From assembly GCA_026026165.1 (NCBI GenBank), contig JAPEUD010000052.1, positions 124,001-181,596 of the forward strand: a stretch of DNA of 57,596 bases, in the 5' to 3' direction. Under the pieces are notes generated by a model, which saw only the letters and a list, made by a program, of their open reading frames with translations, did no database searches and was not told the origin of the DNA. Origin of the DNA: Sarea resinae. Taxonomy: Eukaryota. Positions 51,316-57,596 of the stretch are shown piece after piece. Both the position numbers and the translations under genes were made by a program. Numbering within the stretch: position 1 is the stretch's first letter; each line of letters starts with the position of its first letter.

Positions 51316-53424
51316 TCACCACGCATATCGCTCCTCTCCTGGGAGACGGTCTGTGCCATCCCAGTCCTCATCCCCACTCGCTTCCGAATCCAGGAAGTCT
51401 CCTTCGCTGAATTGATCTTCTGCGGGACGCAGGTTGTCGATACGCACGTCTACAATTTCACACATTCCCTGGATGCGTCTGACTTTCTCTCCGTCAGCAT
51501 GTCTGCTTGCCCTTTCCGTGTCCGAATCGGCACTGCTGCCAGTCTCACTCCGGGAGTCGTCAGAGTCTGAGCCGTAGAAAGGCCGCGAGCGTCGTCGCCC
51601 CGTTCGTAAGCGTTTCAGCGAAGTTGCCGAGTGCGTATCTTCTAATTCCTTTAGACGAACGCTCCTCCTCTGGGGCCTCGTAGAGGACATTTCGCCGTCT
51701 TCGGGGCGCGGACTATCTGTTGTCAGGCGACTGTTTCGACGAGACTCGTCAATGCTGACTCTAGGAGGGCCTGCACCCTGGAACTGTTCGGCTTTGTACC
51801 GCTTGAACGTCCTCAACGACTGGAGCGTGGGGTCAGGTGGTGCAGACTTCCTCAGGAATACATCTTGGAGTCTTCCGATCCACCTGTCTCTGAAATTGGC
51901 GCGGTCTCTCCAGCCAATGTTAAGAATGACCTTTAGGATGAGACTTCGGAGACATGGCAAGTCAGCCGCTGAACGAAGTAGTGAACGAAAGAAAGCCTCT
52001 GCGGTATCAGCGGTCCATTTACGAAGCTGGACGAGCTCAAGTCTCTGAAGAGTTGTAGGCCAACTAGGCACACTCTCGGGATAGAGCAGCGACTCATACA
52101 CTGGATCTGAGCTGTACAGTGACGCCCCAGATTTAGAGTATTTGAGATCCATCTTGAGACACTCGAGCACTGGACAAGCTGTGGCGAGGTTAGTCAAGAA
52201 GGTAAGATCAAGAGATTGGTTGTGATCGAGAGTCATCTCCTTCAAGCTACTGCCGTGAGTGAGAAGAAAAGCGTCAAGATCCTCGGACAACAGCGAGTAG
52301 CAATTATTTATAGTCAACTGTGTCAGGTTCTTGGGGAGTAGAGGTAGGAGCTTGTCGTTGACGACGGTGGAGTTCTCAAAAATGAGACTTTGGAGATTAG
52401 GCAGCACTGAGAGTGCGCCAGCTAAATGCCGTTCATCGGACGTTTCTTGCACATCCTTCTGAGACCGTTTCGAGGAAACATCATAGTTTGAAAAGGTGAT
52501 GTCTCTCAAGCCGTGAAACGACCCATCCTGGTGTATGACTTTCAATGCGGAGAGTCCTTGATTTGGACCAGCCATCATCGAGTTCCATCGCCATTTTTGC
52601 AATCGAATTCCTGTCTCACTTAGGGCTGTGAACAAAGAGTCGGGATAATTCCACCTTGCACCCCTCGCAGAGCTGAGGTAACCACGTGGAGCCTGATCGG
52701 CAATGTGGAAGAGAGATAGATCGATCAGTTGTGGCGTCCGTCGTACCAACGCACCAAGATCAAAGTGCCCTAGGCCAGGCGTTGAATACGCCAGGGTTTG
52801 AAAGACGTCCAGCTCCAAAGATCGCACTTTTGCACTGTAATTAATAGACAACGCTTCCTTGGGCATGGACAGGAGCTTCAGTAAGCCGTGCGGTCTATCG
52901 GAAGGCAGTAGAGGAGGGTTGTTGTAGAGTGCTGTCAGCGCCGGCTCGGTAAAAGCTTTGCAAACACGAGACACGCTCAAAAGCCAGTCAGCGGAAGGTT
53001 GCGGCCGAAATCTCACATCACACAGGGGATGTGAAGCAAAGACGAAGATCTGGAGAAGAATCTCGTAAGGTAAGTCCTGCCACGGTGGGATAACGCCACG
53101 GTCTTCTATAGCAACATTCGGCTCCGCCTGTGACCGACGGGGCCGCGCCTTGGATGCAGTTGCATTTCGCTTGGACTTCGCATTTGGTGCCGCTCGACTG
53201 GAGGTGTTGGAAGGATTTCCGCGCTTCCGTTTCTTGCTCTGCTCTGCGGTAGTGGATCGAGGAGGCTGTCTTCTCGACGGCCGCTCGGTGTTCCTCTGCG
53301 ACCCCCTTGACGGATCTGACACGATAGTCTCATCAAAAGACTCGTCAGAGCTTGGCTCCCGGTAATCGACTCTGGTGCGCCGAGCGCGGAGAGGTGCAGC
53401 AGGAGAGCGACGAGCCGCAGACAT
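51316..53424 (-). CDS. F-box/leucine-rich-repeat-like protein (conserved fungal, 702 aa)
   Basis: F-box-like PPWQDLPYEILLQIF and LRR-like units (LPNLQSLIFE, LPKNLTQLTINNC, LKEMTLDHN, CPVLECLKMD). Acidic C-terminal motif VDVRIDNLRPAEDQFSEGDFLDSEASGDEDW. Confidence 0.8.
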   Translation of the reverse strand: MSAARRSPAAPLRARRTRVDYREPSSDESFDETIVSDPSRGSQRNTERPSRRQPPRSTTAEQSKKRKRGNPSNTSSRAAPNAKSKRNATASKARPRRSQAEPNVAIEDRGVIPPWQDLPYEILLQIFVFASHPLCDVRFRPQPSADWLLSVSRVCKAFTEPALTALYNNPPLLPSDRPHGLLKLLSMPKEALSINYSAKVRSLELDVFQTLAYSTPGLGHFDLGALVRRTPQLIDLSLFHIADQAPRGYLSSARGARWNYPDSLFTALSETGIRLQKWRWNSMMAGPNQGLSALKVIHQDGSFHGLRDITFSNYDVSSKRSQKDVQETSDERHLAGALSVLPNLQSLIFENSTVVNDKLLPLLPKNLTQLTINNCYSLLSEDLDAFLLTHGSSLKEMTLDHNQSLDLTFLTNLATACPVLECLKMDLKYSKSGASLYSSDPVYESLLYPESVPSWPTTLQRLELVQLRKWTADTAEAFFRSLLRSAADLPCLRSLILKVILNIGWRDRANFRDRWIGRLQDVFLRKSAPPDPTLQSLRTFKRYKAEQFQGAGPPRVSIDESRRNSRLTTDSPRPEDGEMSSTRPQRRSVRLKELEDTHSATSLKRLRTGRRRSRPFYGSDSDDSRSETGSSADSDTERASRHADGEKVRRIQGMCEIVDVRIDNLRPAEDQFSEGDFLDSEASGDEDWDGTDRLPGEERYAW

Positions 53425-53763
53425 GGCTGCAGCATGCAGTGAGACGACACTCAGCAGGCCAGAGCTCTGTCGTGAGTAGCAACTCTGTTGATCGGGAACA
53501 TGGTGTTCACGCTGAGACCTATCCGTGCACCGAGGCCCCGTTTGAAGAGCGAGTGTTTTGTGAAGACCTTGAGAGAATTGAACCTGGATGTTGCCTGACT
53601 GGAGCTATGACCACGAACATCGACCTATCGATGATCCGTCATCCAACTGTACTGTCGTACTACGCTGTACAGCCCTGAGAGCTGGAGCCCAGAACATCCA
53701 TGCTAGTGCTGGCCGCTAACACCACCTTGGCAGGTTCAGCGCCTTCCCGCTTTCAGACCCGGC

Positions 53764-53775
53764 AGTCACGTGACT
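53764..53775. promoter_or_regulatory. Palindromic E-box AGTCACGTGACT (bHLH/Cbf1-like site)
   Basis: Perfect 12-bp palindrome with an RTCACGTG core in the divergent region between the F-box/LRR gene and SUZ12. Confidence 0.45.
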
Positions 53776-54832
53776 CGATGTGATCTGGCTGTCCCAAATA
53801 GTCGCCGAAGACAGGAAGCTTTGAAGCCTCCAGCTTGCATCTCAGTTTGCATCATGCCGTCCTCGGGGCGCTTGCTCAAAAGCCCTCTTCGTCTCTAACC
53901 TCAAAGGCAACAGATTACATGGCCGCCGTGTACTCAACTGTTGGCGAGCCCCTGCTCATTCTCGTTGTCTGCATCGAGAGCATGCATGCATCTTCGCTTA
54001 TGTTGATTCGCGTCTAGCAGCCGCCTCGATCCTTGGTAGGAAGTAGAATACTCCGTAGTATGTAGGTAGGTAAAGTAAGGCAGGGCACATCAAGGGCGGA
54101 TTTGAATGAGTCAATTTAATGTTCAATACGGTCCATCTCTCTTTCCATCCTTTTGTCAGATGCGCATGATTCAAGAGAAGTTTCCATCTGGATAAGAAGA
54201 AAAAGTTGCATATTTGGAATTTCTGGCAGCTCGCTAGACGGATTACGAACCTCTTCGTCTGTGCTTTAAGGACGCAGACGTGGAGCAATGCTGGGTGACG
54301 GGACGCGTTGAGGTGGTAAGACAAGGCGCGGACGTCTCGATATTTGCCTTCACCAATCTGTCTCTTGTCAGCTCATCATTGTTCGCTGTCGCGTATTCAT
54401 ATTTTGGACTTCTCTTTCTCAGGGTACGACTATCTCGGTTTTCGATAAGAGCGCGTTTCTCCTGTACCGTGGGCATCGCACTCTCTTCTGATAATTTTCA
54501 TACTCAAGTTTACCGCGACCTCTGTGTTTGAGAAAGACCTGCCGCATTGTGCTAGAAAGCGAGGAGCCTCTCCTCATTTTGAAAAGATCGAGAGTGGATG
54601 ACAGTCAGCAGAGCAGCTGGAGCGAAGCCTTGGACAAACGCTGAGAACTGGCGGTGACGGTCTTCAGTCGACCGAAGGTTTCCGTGGCGCCAGAGTCCTA
54701 TTATTCGTAATATTTTCGACTTGAAAGCTTTGGGAAGGGCCAAGTAAACTCTGGCGCCACTTGGAAGCCTCTTTATCGCAGGGAAAGAAATGATCGAAAC
54801 GCTATACGACGGACTGAGTTTCCATCGATAAC

Positions 54833-57287
54833 ATGGTAAATCAATTTGAACGCGACTTTTGGAGGAGATTTAGTGGAGACTCGGCCTTCTATCTTGGAGA
54901 GGAGAAAAGCCGTCAGCGACTATTTCTGCAGCGAAACGTTCGTAAGGTCTTGGAGCAACATAGAAAGTTGCAACGTCGACATCGTCGCAAGTCTACGCCG
55001 AGCCAGCAAGCTTTGAATGAATTGCGGGCCGCTAGTCATTCCGAGGAACACGATACGAGGCCAGTAAATGGCAAGCAACCATGGAGCTTTTCCCGAGACT
55101 TATTAGAGGAGCGGCACGCGATTCTGAAAGCTGACATCACGGGAATCACGAAAATCTACGAGGACGGAGATCCAATGTTATGGGGTTCGGGAAAATTTAT
55201 CTCTGCAAGCAAGAACCAGACTTCAGATCTCAGGTGCCTGGTTAGATTGAAAATTTGCGAGCGAGACCTTAAGCACGATCCACTTTCAACCAGACAGCCA
55301 TTGATTCACCTTGGCAAGCAGCAGGCAACAATTCAACGGGTGGACACTGGTCAAGGCCCTCCAAGTTGTCGGATAGTTTTGGACCAACCATTCATGATTG
55401 AGGTCGAAGAGATGTTGGTGAGGGTGCATAGAGGAGCTGCATGGAAGCTTTCAGTCCCTGATCAGTGTGAAATGCGGATAATGTTGAGTTTGACGGACTC
55501 CAAGGACTCGGAACTCTGGCCACCGTTTCCTGTACACACGACAGATGCAAAGGCATTAGGAAAGAGAGATCGGCTTGAGCTGACGGCTTCATGGCTCAAT
55601 TTACCGGCTTGCCCACCTCGGAAACAACAGCTGAACCTTGAGAGCCTCCAAAGCGGCCACAAGCGCACGTATGCCACCGATTGTGCTTTAGATGTTGACA
55701 TAGGATGGTCGAAAAACAAGACACCACTCGAAGCCTGGAACGAAAAGATGCGAGAGTCGCCTGCAGATCGCTTCCCTACCCCTATATCAGAGCCAGATGT
55801 TGCCACCTCAAAGGTGAAAACAAAATATCTCTTGGGCGATTGGTGCGCGAGAGACTCGGAGCAAACCAAGACGTTAATTCTAGCTGGGTATTTGTGCCCT
55901 TTCTGTCGTGGACGAGATTTCGGCAACTTCGAATTTCTCAGCTTTCACTTCAAGACATGCCACGACTTATTGAAATTTGATGTGAAGAGAAAGGAGAGGG
56001 GACAGCAATCGGATCGTGTTACTAAACTCGAAATAAGTGTCGATTTGTCAGAGAACCAGAGCGACCGACGAAGAACGCGAAAGGTCGAAAATAAAGTCAT
56101 CGCATGGGTACGACCAAGGGTCAATTTCAACTTGTCGAATTATTTAGAAGGCGACGAGAGCTGGGTCGGCGGTTCTGTCGGTCGTGCTCCTTCGAGGAAC
56201 CGAACGCGACGACTATCAAGACACGTGCAACAGCCTGATCCTGACTTGAGAACGGAAGCAAATCTTGTCCAAGATATCCCGCCGCCGCAGCGTACCCGGT
56301 ATCGAGTTCCCAGTGCATTGACACCAAACGTCACTTTCTTCAGAAACACTTCGAAACGACCTTTAATAGAAGGTGAACTCGTTAGTGAGTCTGATGATGA
56401 TGTAGATGAGGACTGGCTTATGCATAAACACAATGAAGTCATCGACGACTTTACCGACATTCCTAAAGAGGAAAAACAATTCATCAAGCGCTGGGACGCA
56501 TACATCCTAGATGAGGACCTAAGTGGGACTGTATATCTGCCAGATGCCATGATACGGTTTGTAAGGAAGAACAAAGATTTTCTCGCCCAAACGGATATGC
56601 TGGTGGAGTTTGCGAAAATTACAGCGAGTCTCAAAATACAAGGCCTGTTGAATGATAGGCTGATCAGTCAGTGCATGATGATGATCCATGCCAATGAAGA
56701 TGGGCAAAAGAATATCAGGTTCGGGGCGGAAGATGAGGATTTAGGGCGCGAGGAGGAGTCGCCACTGGCGAAAAGACAGACGAGACTGGCCGGGTCGGCC
56801 AGGAACAGGAGGGATATTGCCAGCAGTACAGACGGTGACACGGACAAGGATGAAGAGAGACTTGGACCACGAGGGGAGTCATCGAGACAGAGCCTCCCAA
56901 AGAGACTGAATCGGACTGCATACTCTAGACCGAGCGAATCGCAACCCAGAGTCGCCAAAAAAGACGTAATGCAGGACCAGAGCTCTCCTGAGCAGCACGA
57001 GACAGAAGGCCCCATCTACGGCCGATGTGTATGCGGCTCAGACATCCAAGATCTGAGCAAGATGATCATTTGTGCTAACTTCGTAAGCCTCCCATCTTAG
57101 TCATTTTTATTCGTCTTTCGCAACCGACTGACGAATATCGTCACAGGATTGCCCAAACCCCGATTACCATTTTCACTGCGCAGGACTCGACAAGCGCCGC
57201 CCAGACTGGCTCTGTGGCAACTGTTCAGGTCGCAATATTCTAGAGGGAGTAGCGGGACCTTCAACCTTTATTCCCTTGAACACCTAA
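54833..57287 (+). CDS. SUZ12: Polycomb PRC2 subunit SUZ12 homologue (C2H2 finger plus VEFS-box) with a C-terminal PHD finger
   Basis: N-terminal LFLQRN motif, C2H2 finger CPFC-x13-HFKTCH and VEFS-like FFRNTSKRPL...ESDDDVDEDWL...IDDFTDIPKEEKQFIKRWD. Intron 57083-57146 joins CVC...C to C...H..C...WLCGNC. TAA at 57285-57287. Confidence 0.85.
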
Positions 57288-57596
57288 TAATCTGTCCGCC
57301 CGCGAATGATGGAGCAATATATTTGCACAGTCCATCAGAATAAACCGACAGAATGGACGATTAGAGAGATTCCGAAAACGGAGCAGAGCCGCGTCGAAAT
57401 TGGCTCGCCATGTCCCCCAGATCATCTGAAGAAGGCTTGCTATCTCTCTAGAGCTGTCAAAGCAATTCGATCCCAGTCTCACCCTCGGGCTCTCAGTGTT
57501 CGTAGCAGAAAACTTATGTTGGAGTAGCTGCAGAGTGACCGAGTCAGCGAACACTATAGAGGAAAATAAGGAAGAAGCACTCAAGCAAATACGATC

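Overview
Gene-dense, intron-rich DNA from a filamentous ascomycete (Pezizomycotina-type GT-AG introns, mostly ~45-110 nt, with CTRAY branch sites). I found no rRNA, tRNA, CRISPR array or intact transposon. About 20 protein-coding genes were reconstructed by hand, in order: glycogen branching enzyme (5'-truncated), ATP2, CTF4/sepB, an MMU163-like protein, a CTL/Pns1-family transporter, a Rab2/Rab4-like GTPase, PMT2, an MFS sugar porter, a CHS7-like chaperone, TFIIH p44 (SSL1), COX5, an orphan ORF, GAPDH, HDA1/Clr3, two divergent F-box-like genes, BRX1, a WW-domain protein, an F-box/LRR-like protein and a SUZ12 (PRC2) homologue. The most notable observations are five. (1) The sugar porter has a ~150-codon in-frame N-terminal extension lying in 575 nt with no AUG in any frame, a signature of non-AUG (probably GUG) initiation with leaky scanning. 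(2) SUZ12 gains a C-terminal PHD finger through a spliced last exon. (3) GC-rich, microsatellite-rich domains recur at convergent 3' ends, three of them with TpA-rich RIP-like cores. (4) GTAC-rich palindromic clusters mark many upstream intergenic regions. (5) HDA1 has three consecutive stop-free introns of 3n length. Family assignments come from remembered motifs, not database searches.
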